Positions 38,328-47,456 of a stretch of DNA of 64,000 nt are shown one piece after another. The notes below the pieces were generated by a model. The model saw only the letters and a program-made list of their open reading frames with translations. It was not told the DNA's origin and ran no database searches. Source of the DNA: Clostridiales bacterium (GTDB taxonomy: Bacteria > Bacillota > Clostridia > Oscillospirales > Oscillospiraceae); contig JALERU010000042.1 in the NCBI GenBank assembly GCA_022764045.1, forward strand, positions 20,805 to 84,804, given 5' to 3'. How positions within the stretch are numbered: position 1 is the first letter of the stretch; each line of letters starts with the position of its first letter. Made by a program: the position numbers and the translations under genes.

Positions 38328-39236
38328 TCACCCCGCAGGGCCCTCCCAGCCGTCCTTTTCCTGGATGGCCTCCATCAGCTTTTCCAGGTATTTTTCCGCC
38401 GCCCTGGAAAAGCCGCGGTGTTTCTTCCACACCACGTTCATCTCCGCCCTCGGCGCGCCCTGGAGGGCCTTGAAGCACAACGCGCTGTCCTCCGAAACCC
38501 GGACAATGTTGCGCAGGCACACCGCGTATCCCAGGTGATCCTCCACCATCAGGGAGCCGTTGAACAAAAGGTTATACGTCCCGGAGATCCAGAGCTCCCC
38601 GGCCGCCGCCCCCAGCTGCTCTTTCAGAAAGGAGGCGGCGTGGACCTGCCTGGACAGGATCAGGGGCAAGCCCTTCAGGTCCGACAGGGCCACCGTCTCC
38701 TTTCCCGCCAGAGGGCTGTCCTTTCGCATGAGCACCCCCCAGGTGTCCTGATAAGGGATTCGGAGGCTGTGATACTTTGTCCCGTCTGCCCCATCAAAGA
38801 GCAGGCCAAAATCCACCAATCCACGGTCCAGCTGCTCATACACGTCAATGCTGTCCCCGCTGGAGACATGGAAGCGGACGCCGGGGTGCTCCCGCTGGAG
38901 CAGGTGGGCAGCCCGGGTCAGATAGCGCATCCCCACCGTCTCCCCCGCGCCGATGTACACATCCCCGGCCACCAGATCCTCCGACCGGGCAATCTCCCGC
39001 TCCGTTCTGTGGACCAGCTCCAAAATCTCCTCGGCCCGCTTCCGCAGGACCCGCCCCTCTTCGGTCAGGGTGATCTTCCGTTTCCCCCGGAGGAATAACG
39101 GTTTCCCCAGGGACGTCTCCAAATCCTTTAGCTGCCTGGAAAGGGTGGGCTGGGACAGGTGCAAAAACTGCGCCGCCCCCGAGATGCTCTCCTCTCTGGC
39201 CACCGCAAGAAAATATTCCAACACTCTCAGTTCCAC
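38328..39236 (-). CDS. LysR-family regulator
   Basis: MELRVLEYFLAVAREESISGAAQFLHLSQPTLSRQ; divergent from the redox cluster. Confidence 0.95.
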   Translation of the reverse strand: MELRVLEYFLAVAREESISGAAQFLHLSQPTLSRQLKDLETSLGKPLFLRGKRKITLTEEGRVLRKRAEEILELVHRTEREIARSEDLVAGDVYIGAGETVGMRYLTRAAHLLQREHPGVRFHVSSGDSIDVYEQLDRGLVDFGLLFDGADGTKYHSLRIPYQDTWGVLMRKDSPLAGKETVALSDLKGLPLILSRQVHAASFLKEQLGAAAGELWISGTYNLLFNGSLMVEDHLGYAVCLRNIVRVSEDSALCFKALQGAPRAEMNVVWKKHRGFSRAAEKYLEKLMEAIQEKDGWEGPAG

Positions 39237-39380
39237 AGGGCTTCCCTCCTGATTTTGGCAAATTCTATATCAGTATACCACAATCTTATTATACCTTAAA
39301 GCTATGGTAAATTATTTATTATAAGTATTTGCTATTTTTATTCCATTCTGTATAATCAAAAGCAAAAAGGAGGGATTCCC

Positions 39381-39950
39381 TTGGAACTGTCGGAATATTT
39401 AACCTATGTCAAAACCGGGCAGGTTATAAAAGCAGGCTCCCCGGCCCATCAGCTCATGCACAGGCTGAGCCAGGAAGCCCTTCAGATCACCGCCCAAATG
39501 AACACGGGGTATCACACCCCGGAGGAGCTGGCCCAGCTCTTTTCCGCCCTGACCGGCCGCCCCACCCCGGAGGGCTTCGCCCTTTTCCCGCCCTTCCATA
39601 CGGACTGCGGCAAGAACATCCACCTGGGCAAGCATGTCTTTCTCAACGCCTCCTGCCACTTTCAGGACCAGGGCGGCATTTACATCGGCGACCATGTGCT
39701 CATCGGCCACGGCGTGACCCTGGCCACCCTGAACCACTGTCAAGACCCCTTGGACAGGGGCTCCATGGTGCCCAAGGCCATCCACATCGGTGACCGCGTG
39801 TGGATCGGCTCCCAGGCCACCATCCTCCCGGGGGTTACCATCGGCCACGGCGCCATCGTGGCCGCAGGGGCGGTGGTGACGGCGGACGTGGCCCCCAACA
39901 CCATCGTCGGCGGCGTCCCGGCAAAATACATCAAGCACGTGGAAGCATGA
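39381..39950 (+). CDS. Sugar O-acetyltransferase (hexapeptide repeat)
   Basis: [35 protein letters not shown]; TTG start. Confidence 0.9.
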   Translation: MELSEYLTYVKTGQVIKAGSPAHQLMHRLSQEALQITAQMNTGYHTPEELAQLFSALTGRPTPEGFALFPPFHTDCGKNIHLGKHVFLNASCHFQDQGGIYIGDHVLIGHGVTLATLNHCQDPLDRGSMVPKAIHIGDRVWIGSQATILPGVTIGHGAIVAAGAVVTADVAPNTIVGGVPAKYIKHVEA

Positions 39951-39988
39951 CGAAACACCACAGGATATTTTTAGAGAGGAGATCGTTT

Positions 39989-40984
39989 ATGGAAAACACA
40001 TTGCATCTGTCTGCGGCGTGGGACAAGACCTTCCCGAAAAGCCCCCAGGTTGACCACCGGAAGGTCACCTTCCACAACCGCTACGGGATTTTACTGGCTG
40101 CCGACCTCTATACGCCGAAAAACGCAACGGGCCGGCTGCCCGCCCTGGCCGTCTGCGGCCCCTTTGGCGCAGTAAAGGAACAGGCCTCCGGGCTGTATGC
40201 CCAAACCATGGCGGAGCGGGGCTTCCTCGCCCTGGCCTTCGATCCCTCCTACACCGGCGAAAGCGGCGGCCAGCCCAGATACATGGCCTCCCCGGATATC
40301 AACACCGAGGATTTCCAGGCCGCTGTGGATTTTCTCTCTGTCCAGGACAACGCAGACCCGGAAAAAATCGGGATCATCGGCATCTGCGGTTGGGGCGGCC
40401 TGGCCCTGAACGCCGCAGCCCTTGACACTCGAATTAAGGCAACGGTGGCCGCCACCATGTATGACATGAGCCGGGTCAACGCCAAGGGCTACTTTGACGC
40501 CGAGGACAGCGAAGCCGCCCGCTATGAAAAGCGCAAAGCCCTCAATGTCCAAAGAACCAAAGAATATCGGGAGGGCGTCTACCATCGCGGCGGCGGCGTG
40601 GTGGACCCGCTGCCGGAGGACGCTCCCTTTTTTGTCAAAGACTACTATGACTACTATAAGACCAGCCGGGGCTATCACAAGAACTCCCTGAACTCCAACG
40701 AGGGCTGGAACGTCACCGGCTGCATGTCCTTTCTGAACCAGCCCATTTTGCACTACAGCAACGAGATCCGCTCCGCCGTGCTGGTGATGCACGGGGACGC
40801 GGCCCATTCCTGCTACTTTGGCAAAGACGCCTATGCCGACATGGCAAAAGACAGCGCCTACGCCGGAAACAAAGAGCTGCTGCTCATCCCCGGCGCCTCC
40901 CACACTGACCTGTATGACGGCGGCGGAAAGAACGCCATTCCTTTTGATAAACTGGCGGAGTTTATCCGGGAGGCCATGGGGTAA
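39989..40984 (+). CDS. Alpha/beta hydrolase
   Basis: GPFGAVKEQ, FDPSYTGESGG, GICGWGG nucleophile elbow, GASHTDLYD. Confidence 0.88.
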   Translation: MENTLHLSAAWDKTFPKSPQVDHRKVTFHNRYGILLAADLYTPKNATGRLPALAVCGPFGAVKEQASGLYAQTMAERGFLALAFDPSYTGESGGQPRYMASPDINTEDFQAAVDFLSVQDNADPEKIGIIGICGWGGLALNAAALDTRIKATVAATMYDMSRVNAKGYFDAEDSEAARYEKRKALNVQRTKEYREGVYHRGGGVVDPLPEDAPFFVKDYYDYYKTSRGYHKNSLNSNEGWNVTGCMSFLNQPILHYSNEIRSAVLVMHGDAAHSCYFGKDAYADMAKDSAYAGNKELLLIPGASHTDLYDGGGKNAIPFDKLAEFIREAMG

Positions 40985-41023
40985 CTGCCAGGCAGAGAGA
41001 CTGAACAAAGGAGGATCTTACCC

Positions 41024-41650
41024 ATAAAAGTTTTACTGTTCAATGGAAGTCCCAAGCGCACCAACGGCTGCACTTACCTGGCCCTTTCTGAAATCGCCAA
41101 AACACTGGAGTCAGATGGGATCGAAACGGAAATTCTCCAGCTGGGGGGGCAGCCGGTGTGGGACTGCACCGGCTGCGGCCACTGCCAGAAAACCGGCCGG
41201 TGCATCTTTGATCAGGATATGGTCAACGACTGGCTCGAGAAGGCCCGGGAAGCAGACGGCTTTGTTTTCGGATCCCCGGTGTACTTCGCCCACCCCTCTG
41301 GCCACCTGCTGTCCGTCATGGACCGGATGTTTATGGCAGGCGGGGATGCTTTTGCCCACAAACCCACCGCCGCAGTGGTCACCGCCCGCCGGGCCGGGAC
41401 CACCGCCTCCCTGGATGTCATCCAGAAGCACTTCACTGACGCCCAGATGCCCATCGTGTCCTCCACCTATTGGAACATGGTGTTCGGCCCTGCCCCGGAA
41501 CAGCTGGAGCGGGACCAGGAGGGTCTTCAGACCATGCGGAACCTGGGTCGGAACATGTCGTGGCTGCTCCGGTGCATCCAGACTGGAAGAGACCAGGGCA
41601 TAACGCCTCACCCAGCGGAGACGCGGCACTGGACCAGCTTTCACCAGTGA
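41024..41650 (+). CDS. Flavodoxin-fold FMN reductase / iron-sulfur flavoprotein family; apparent start codon is ATA
   Basis: Frame reads (I)KVLLFNGSPK...CTGCGHCQKTGRC...GSPVY from 41024, 9 nt after GGAGG. Confidence 0.8.
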   Translation: MKVLLFNGSPKRTNGCTYLALSEIAKTLESDGIETEILQLGGQPVWDCTGCGHCQKTGRCIFDQDMVNDWLEKAREADGFVFGSPVYFAHPSGHLLSVMDRMFMAGGDAFAHKPTAAVVTARRAGTTASLDVIQKHFTDAQMPIVSSTYWNMVFGPAPEQLERDQEGLQTMRNLGRNMSWLLRCIQTGRDQGITPHPAETRHWTSFHQ

Positions 41651-41719
41651 GAGGCAGACGCACCCCGGAAAGTATCCCTCCATCAAAATCATTTGACCTG
41701 TCCGAAAGGAGGAACCCTG

Positions 41720-44059
41720 ATGAAGAAAAAACTGTTGACTTTGTTATTGGCTGTCTGCACCGTGCTCTCCCTGACCATGACAGCCTGCGCGGCTCAGGAA
41801 GAGCCGGAACCCTCGCCGCTCTCCACAGCGTCTCAGGTGCTGCCCTTTACGGACATTCCGACAGACGCTTGGTACGCTGATGAAGTGCAATACTGCTATG
41901 AGCACGGAATTTTTGCCGGCACCAGCAGCACCACCTTTTCCCCAGAGGACACCCTGACCCGGGCACAGCTGGCCACCGTCCTCTACCGGATGGCAGGAAG
42001 GCCTGCTATAAACAACGAGAATCTGGGATACCCCTTCACCGATGTACCCGGAGACAGCTGGTATACTGACGGCGTTTACTGGGCCCGTCTGAAGGGGCTT
42101 ATGGGCGGCTATGGGAACAATGTATTTGGACCCGACGACCCTGTGACCCGGGAACAGGCGGTGACCATCCTGTGGCGGCAGGCTGGCTCCCCCGCTGCTT
42201 CTGCCGGGAATTTTTCGGATGGTGACCACCTTGCAACCTGGGCCGAGACCGCCGCTGGCTGGGCCCTGGGGGTGGGCCTGCTCGCCGGCTGGGCAGAGGG
42301 AACCTTCCAGCCTCGCACCAGCCTCACTCGGGCCGAGGCCACCGTGTTGATGGCCCGTTACCAACAGCGTGCCGCAACCGGGACAGAGGACGGCAGCCGC
42401 ATTCTGGTGGTCTACTTCTCCGCCACCGGAACCACCCGTCCCCTGGCGGAGTACGCGGCGGATATCCTGAATGCCGACCTCTATGAGATCGTCCCGGCAG
42501 AGCCCTATACCGCCGCCGACCTGACCTATTACACCGACTGCCGGGCCGACCGGGAACAAAACGATCCCTCTGCCCGCCCTGCCATCTATGGCACCGTGGA
42601 GAATATGACGCAGTACGACGTGATTCTCCTGGGCTACCCCATCTGGCACGGGCAGCCGCCCCGGATCGTCAGCACCTTCCTGGAGTCCTATGATTTCTCC
42701 GGAAAAACCATCGTGCCTTTTTGCACCAGTGGCAGCAGTGGGTTCAGCGACAGGGGGCTGAGTGCCCTGACCTCCGGCGCCAACTGGCTCACCGGGTGTC
42801 GGTTTGCCGGCGGCGCCGGCCGGGAGGCCGTGGCGGAGTGGCTGGACAGCCTTGATTTGCCGCGGCAGACCGACGGGGATCTGCTGGTCTCCTTTCATGG
42901 TCACACCTATGCCGCCACCCTGACGGACGACGCCTCGGGCCGGGCCTTCGCCGCTCTGCTGGCGGCCCGAGGCGGCTCGCTCACTGTAGAGGCCCGGGAC
43001 TACGGCGCCTTTGAAAAGGTGGGGGCCCTGCCTGCGTCCCTGCCCCGCAGTGACCAGACGATCACCACCGCCCCCGGTGATCTGATCCTCTATCAAGGGG
43101 ACCAAATCGCCCTTTACTACGCTCCCAACACCTGGAATTTCACCCGCTTGGGCCGTCTGCAGGGGGATCTGTCCGCCCTGCGGGATCACTTGGGCAGCGG
43201 CAGTGTATCCATCACCTACTCCCTGGCAGCGGCCCAAACGGCCCCGGCCTTTGACCTTGAAACAGGCACTGTCACCCTCAACAGCGGCTATGAGATGCCC
43301 ATCATGGGCTTGGGCACCTATTCCCTCAGCGATGAGGCATGTTATAACTCGGTCACCGCCCTGCTGGAGAAGGGCGGACGGCTCATTGACACTGCCTATA
43401 TGTATCACAACGAAGCTGCCGTAGGCCGGGCGGTACGGGACAGCGATATGCCACGGGAAGAAATTTTTGTGATCACCAAGCTCTACCCCAGTCAGTTTGG
43501 AAACGCTGAAGCCGCCATCGACGAGGCGCTGGAGAAGCTGGATATTGGCTACATCGACCTGATGCTGCTCCATCACCCCGGCGCTGGGGACGTAGAGGCC
43601 TACCGCGCCATGGAACGGGCTGTGGCGGATGGCAAGCTCCGCTCCATCGGACTTTCCAACTGGTACGTGAAGGAATTGGAGGAATTTCTGCCCCAGGTGA
43701 GCATCCCCCCCGCCCTGGTACAGAACGAGATCCACCCATATTATCAGGAACAAGAGGTCGTACCCTATATCCAGAGCCTGGGCATCGTCACCCAGGGATG
43801 GTATCCCTTTGGTGGGCGGGGGCACACAGCGGAGCTGCTGGGGGATCCGGTGATTGCCGACATTGCCAAAAACCGCGGCGTCACCCCCGCCCAAGTGATC
43901 CTGCGGTGGAATCTCCAGCGGGGCGTGGTGGTGATTCCCGGCTCCAGCAACCCGGAGCATATCCGGGAGAATCTGGATCTGTTCAACTTCGCCCTGACAG
44001 AGCGGGAGATGGCGCAGATCGCCGCCCTGGATCGAAATGAGAAGCATGACTGGTACTAA
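41720..44059 (+). CDS. Secreted fusion: SLH x3 + flavodoxin + cyclophilin-like domain + aldo/keto reductase
   Basis: Signal peptide; FTDIPTDAWY/FTDVPGDSWY SLH; YFSATGTT and FCTSGSS flavodoxin; DYGAFEKVG..L..PGDLILYQG; GLGTY, IDTAYMY, TKLYP, LLHHP. Confidence 0.88.
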   Translation: MKKKLLTLLLAVCTVLSLTMTACAAQEEPEPSPLSTASQVLPFTDIPTDAWYADEVQYCYEHGIFAGTSSTTFSPEDTLTRAQLATVLYRMAGRPAINNENLGYPFTDVPGDSWYTDGVYWARLKGLMGGYGNNVFGPDDPVTREQAVTILWRQAGSPAASAGNFSDGDHLATWAETAAGWALGVGLLAGWAEGTFQPRTSLTRAEATVLMARYQQRAATGTEDGSRILVVYFSATGTTRPLAEYAADILNADLYEIVPAEPYTAADLTYYTDCRADREQNDPSARPAIYGTVENMTQYDVILLGYPIWHGQPPRIVSTFLESYDFSGKTIVPFCTSGSSGFSDRGLSALTSGANWLTGCRFAGGAGREAVAEWLDSLDLPRQTDGDLLVSFHGHTYAATLTDDASGRAFAALLAARGGSLTVEARDYGAFEKVGALPASLPRSDQTITTAPGDLILYQGDQIALYYAPNTWNFTRLGRLQGDLSALRDHLGSGSVSITYSLAAAQTAPAFDLETGTVTLNSGYEMPIMGLGTYSLSDEACYNSVTALLEKGGRLIDTAYMYHNEAAVGRAVRDSDMPREEIFVITKLYPSQFGNAEAAIDEALEKLDIGYIDLMLLHHPGAGDVEAYRAMERAVADGKLRSIGLSNWYVKELEEFLPQVSIPPALVQNEIHPYYQEQEVVPYIQSLGIVTQGWYPFGGRGHTAELLGDPVIADIAKNRGVTPAQVILRWNLQRGVVVIPGSSNPEHIRENLDLFNFALTEREMAQIAALDRNEKHDWY

Positions 44060-44294
44060 TTGGCGCAGTGACGGCAGCCCGTCTGCCGAACCCGGAACAG
44101 GCTCTCCGGGCGGTGGGTATTGCCCCGCCGCTCCGCCCTAGATACTTTTGCGCAGGAAGGATATGGTCTCATCTTGTTACGTTGCTGTCCGCAGCTTCAA
44201 CCCTCCCATGATAAGGCCGTATCCTTTCTCTTTTTTCACCGGCTGTCCAAGCTGTATTTTAATCCTGCCAAAAGCAAAAGAGAGAACAAAACGC

Positions 44295-44322
44295 TTGACA
44301 AACGGCGATTTTTCGATATAAT
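44295..44322 (+). promoter_or_regulatory. Sigma-A promoter of rpsF
   Basis: TTGACA-16-TATAAT. Confidence 0.75.
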
Positions 44323-44345
44323 AATATAGCCTGTCTTTGATACAG

Positions 44346-44400
44346 GCATATCCTTGCCGGCAGCGAGGACTGCCGGCCAAATGTCCATAAGGAGGTGCAA
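44346..44400 (+). promoter_or_regulatory. Candidate rpsF (S6:S18-binding) leader RNA
   Basis: ccggcag/ctgccgg hairpin; 5' tcctt can pair with the AAGGA of the RBS; position fits the known S6:S18 leader. Confidence 0.6.
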
Positions 44401-44406
44401 CGAACC

Positions 44407-44703
44407 ATGGCAAAGGTAAACGCAAACTATGAAGTGGTCTACATCATGGACCCCGCGCTGGGAGAAGAGGCCATCGCCGCAATGATCGAGAAGTTCAAGG
44501 CTCTGGTAGAGACCCAGGGTACCGTGTCCGCCATCGATGATTGGGGCAAGCGCCGTCTGGCTTATCCCATCAATGACCTGACTGAGGGCCATTACGTCCT
44601 CATGACCTTCACCGCCGCCCCTGAGCTCCCCGCCGAGCTGGACCGTGTGCTGAAGATCACCGAAGGCATCATGCGCTCCATGATCATCTGCAAGGATGAG
44701 TAA
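44407..44703 (+). CDS. rpsF: 30S ribosomal protein S6
   Basis: YEVVYI, WGKRRLAYPI, GHYVL. Confidence 0.95.
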   Translation: MAKVNANYEVVYIMDPALGEEAIAAMIEKFKALVETQGTVSAIDDWGKRRLAYPINDLTEGHYVLMTFTAAPELPAELDRVLKITEGIMRSMIICKDE

Positions 44704-44717
44704 GGGGGGTCCTCAGC

Positions 44718-45206
44718 TTGCTGAATAAGATCTTCCTTCAGGGCCGGCTGGTGGCCGACCCGGAGCTCCGCCACACCCCCAACGGCGTGGCCGTAGCCTC
44801 CTTCCGCATAGCCGTAGACCGGGACTTTAAGGACCGGGAAACCGGCGAGCGGAAAGCAGATTTCATCAACGTGGTCGCCTGGCGCCAGACGGCAGAGTTC
44901 GTCTCCCGCTACTTCACCAAGGGCCGTATGGCCGTGGTAGAGGGCAAGCTCCAGACCCGCGACTACACCGACCGGGACGGCAACCGCCGGTACGCCACGG
45001 AAGTGGTGGCCGACAACATCTATTTCGGCGACTCCCGCCGGGATAGCGAAGGCGGCGGCTACGCTCCCGCGCCCCAGGCCAGCCGAGGCAGCTACAATTC
45101 TCCCGCTGGCAACAGCTCCCCCTCGTCCGGCGGCGGTTACTCCGCGGCCCCTGCGGTGGATCAGTTCGCTGACCTCACCGACGACGACGGTGAACTGCCC
45201 TTCTGA
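44718..45206 (+). CDS. ssb: Single-stranded DNA-binding protein
   Basis: LNKIFLQGRL..DPELR, ADFINVVAW, VEGKLQTR, acidic tail DDGELPF. Confidence 0.95.
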   Translation: MLNKIFLQGRLVADPELRHTPNGVAVASFRIAVDRDFKDRETGERKADFINVVAWRQTAEFVSRYFTKGRMAVVEGKLQTRDYTDRDGNRRYATEVVADNIYFGDSRRDSEGGGYAPAPQASRGSYNSPAGNSSPSSGGGYSAAPAVDQFADLTDDDGELPF

Positions 45207-45284
45207 GCACTGCTCTGCTGACTGCCTTCCCGCCGGGAACGGCTCTCAGACCACTTTCATTCTATTTTAAGGAGGTTTGCTATC

Positions 45285-45527
45285 ATGGCTATGGATAGAG
45301 AACGCCCTCGCGGCGGCCGTAAACGCCGTAAGGTTTGTACTTTCTGTGTCGATAAGGTCGAGCACATCGATTATAAGGACTCCGCCAAGCTGCGCCGTTT
45401 CCTTTCTGAGCGCTCCAAGATTCTGCCCCGCAGAACCACCGGCACCTGCGCCATGCATCAGCGCCAGCTGACCGAGGCCATCAAGCGTGCCCGTCAGATC
45501 GCTCTGCTGCCTTACGTTACAGACTAA
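45285..45527 (+). CDS. rpsR: 30S ribosomal protein S18
   Basis: [35 protein letters not shown] (Cys-containing form). Confidence 0.97.
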   Translation: MAMDRERPRGGRKRRKVCTFCVDKVEHIDYKDSAKLRRFLSERSKILPRRTTGTCAMHQRQLTEAIKRARQIALLPYVTD

Positions 45528-45532
45528 AATAT

Positions 45533-45703
45533 GAAATTTTGGACCCGCTTCGCTGGGCTCCAAAATTTGGGGATTGCAGTCCGAACCGCGCCTGGCAGAG
45601 CCAGGCACTCTCGGACTGAGAAGTATTTTTTCACCGGCGGAGCCGGTGAAAAAATGATTTGATTTTGTTCCGGCTTTTGCGAAAGCCGGAAGTCTGCGAC
45701 GCT
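45533..45703 (+). repeat. Multi-hairpin intergenic element, copy 2
   Basis: Shares terminal hairpins and linkers with the reverse complement of 11715-11955. Confidence 0.75.
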
Positions 45704-45812
45704 GATTGCGCTGTTTTGTGAATAGGAGAGGCGATAGTGAACTGCTATCGCCTTTCTTTTTTAGGATGGGTTGTTGTCCGCCTCCGATCCTCTTTAGAAA
45801 GGAGATCGAGAA

Positions 45813-46508
45813 ATGAAAAAAGGTGTTATCGTGGCGCTTTTATCCCTGTTATTTGGCCTTCTTTCCGGCTGTTTTAATCCAAACGAATTTGCTGACCCCG
45901 ATAATGTGGCGAATCATTATCTGACGACCCACCCCAAGTTTTTGGAAAAGTATGGAGAGGATTATACGCTGGAATATACCGGCGGCGGCAGTCTGCAGGA
46001 GATTGGTGGGCGGAATGGACTCTCGGGAACGGGTTCCTATGAATGTACAATAAACGGAACGGATCAATTTTCAGTCGCCCTCATGAAGGAAAAGAACCAT
46101 CCGTGGACAGCGCGGGGCGTTGTCTGCACCTCCGCGAAGTATGCCTGTAATGAGTTGAACCTCATCTTTGAGGGCAGCACGATGGGTGATGTACCAAGTT
46201 ACGAGCTGGACTCATTGCAGCCCAATGGCGTTCTATACTTAAATGGAGAAAAGATCGACGTCATCGTAACCCTTGTCTCTTCCCGCGTCCTTGTCTATGA
46301 TGCTTCCTTATATCGGCAATACAAGGAAGAGCTGGCGTTGACAGAACCCAATAGACTCGACTTACCGAAAGAAAAAGAAGAAGCCTGTACATTACTTATT
46401 TGCCGTATCATTGGAGACTTCGATATGTTCACAGCAACGCCGGAACCCGAGTATGAGGACTTCAGCTCTGTGAAAGAGTATCATTTCTATGTGATAGAGG
46501 ATTCTTAA
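45813..46508 (+). CDS. Lipoprotein of unknown function
   Basis: Lipobox LSGC; AAAGGAG RBS; AT-richer than flanks. Confidence 0.7.
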   Translation: MKKGVIVALLSLLFGLLSGCFNPNEFADPDNVANHYLTTHPKFLEKYGEDYTLEYTGGGSLQEIGGRNGLSGTGSYECTINGTDQFSVALMKEKNHPWTARGVVCTSAKYACNELNLIFEGSTMGDVPSYELDSLQPNGVLYLNGEKIDVIVTLVSSRVLVYDASLYRQYKEELALTEPNRLDLPKEKEEACTLLICRIIGDFDMFTATPEPEYEDFSSVKEYHFYVIEDS

Positions 46509-46547
46509 CTCCCTTAACCGCTGATACATTCTGAAAGGAGCGATTGT

Positions 46548-47366
46548 ATGACCCCATTCAAAACCTGTATCGTCCAGACCACCTCCCTGCCCTATGACAA
46601 GCAGGCCAACCTGAACCGGGCCCTTCAGGCCATGGAGACTGCCGCCGGGCAGGGGGCTTCGCTGATTCTGTTTCCCGAGATGTTTCTCACCGGCTACCTC
46701 ATTAAGGACAAGCTGGCGGAGCTGGCCGAGTCCTTGGAGGACGGCCCCGGGCTGACGGTTCTTCGCCGGAAGGCCCAAGAGCTATCCATGGGCGTGGTCA
46801 TCGGCACTCCCCTGTTAAACCCCGGCGGCAAGCCCTACAACGCCGTGGTAATGATCGACCGGGACGGCTCCATCCCCGGCTTCCAGGCCAAGACCCACTT
46901 TTTCGGTGGCGAGGAAAAGATGTTCGACCCCGGCACCAGCTTAAAGGCCTTTGACACCTCCTTCGGGCGGATGGGGATTCTGGTGTGCTACGACGGGGAG
47001 TTCCCCGAAACCGCCCGGACCCTGGCCCTGGACGGGGCCAAGCTCCTCTGCATGTGCGCGGCCAACATGAGCCCCTATGAGGACTACCACTTCGTCTACA
47101 TGCGCACCCGGGCCATGGAGAACCGGATCTATACCCTGTACTGCAACTATGTGGGCACAGAAAAGAAGTTCCACTACTGCGGCCAGAGCGGGGCCTTCCA
47201 TCCCACGGGCAAAATCCTGGCCGAGGCGGACACCCAGGAAGAGGTTCTGCTTTATGCCGACGTGGACATGGCCGACACCACCGCGCCGGACGATTTTTTG
47301 AACTATCTGAACCACCGGCGGCCGGGGCTCTACCACCCGGCCCTGGCAGGCGCCCAGAACGGATGA
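46548..47366 (+). CDS. Carbon-nitrogen hydrolase (nitrilase superfamily)
   Basis: FPEMFLTGY, AKTHFF, VCYDGEFPE catalytic E-K-C. Confidence 0.92.
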   Translation: MTPFKTCIVQTTSLPYDKQANLNRALQAMETAAGQGASLILFPEMFLTGYLIKDKLAELAESLEDGPGLTVLRRKAQELSMGVVIGTPLLNPGGKPYNAVVMIDRDGSIPGFQAKTHFFGGEEKMFDPGTSLKAFDTSFGRMGILVCYDGEFPETARTLALDGAKLLCMCAANMSPYEDYHFVYMRTRAMENRIYTLYCNYVGTEKKFHYCGQSGAFHPTGKILAEADTQEEVLLYADVDMADTTAPDDFLNYLNHRRPGLYHPALAGAQNG

Positions 47367-47387
47367 TTCCCCCTTCGGCGACAACAG

Positions 47388-47427
47388 GAAAGAGGCTGCT
47401 GCAACCCACATTGCAGCAGCCTCTTTC
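47388..47427. terminator. Bidirectional terminator
   Basis: gaaagaggctgctgcaa / ttgcagcagcctctttc. Confidence 0.8.
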
Positions 47428-47456
47428 TCATGAGGATACCATATGGTAAACTCCCC

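Noticed and set aside
41744-44047. Long antisense ORFs (767 aa here; also 53-1339, 9817-11352, 15871-17292, 47430-48788, 48840-49781)
   Set aside because: Shadow frames opposite well-supported genes in GC-rich DNA, without motifs or RBS.
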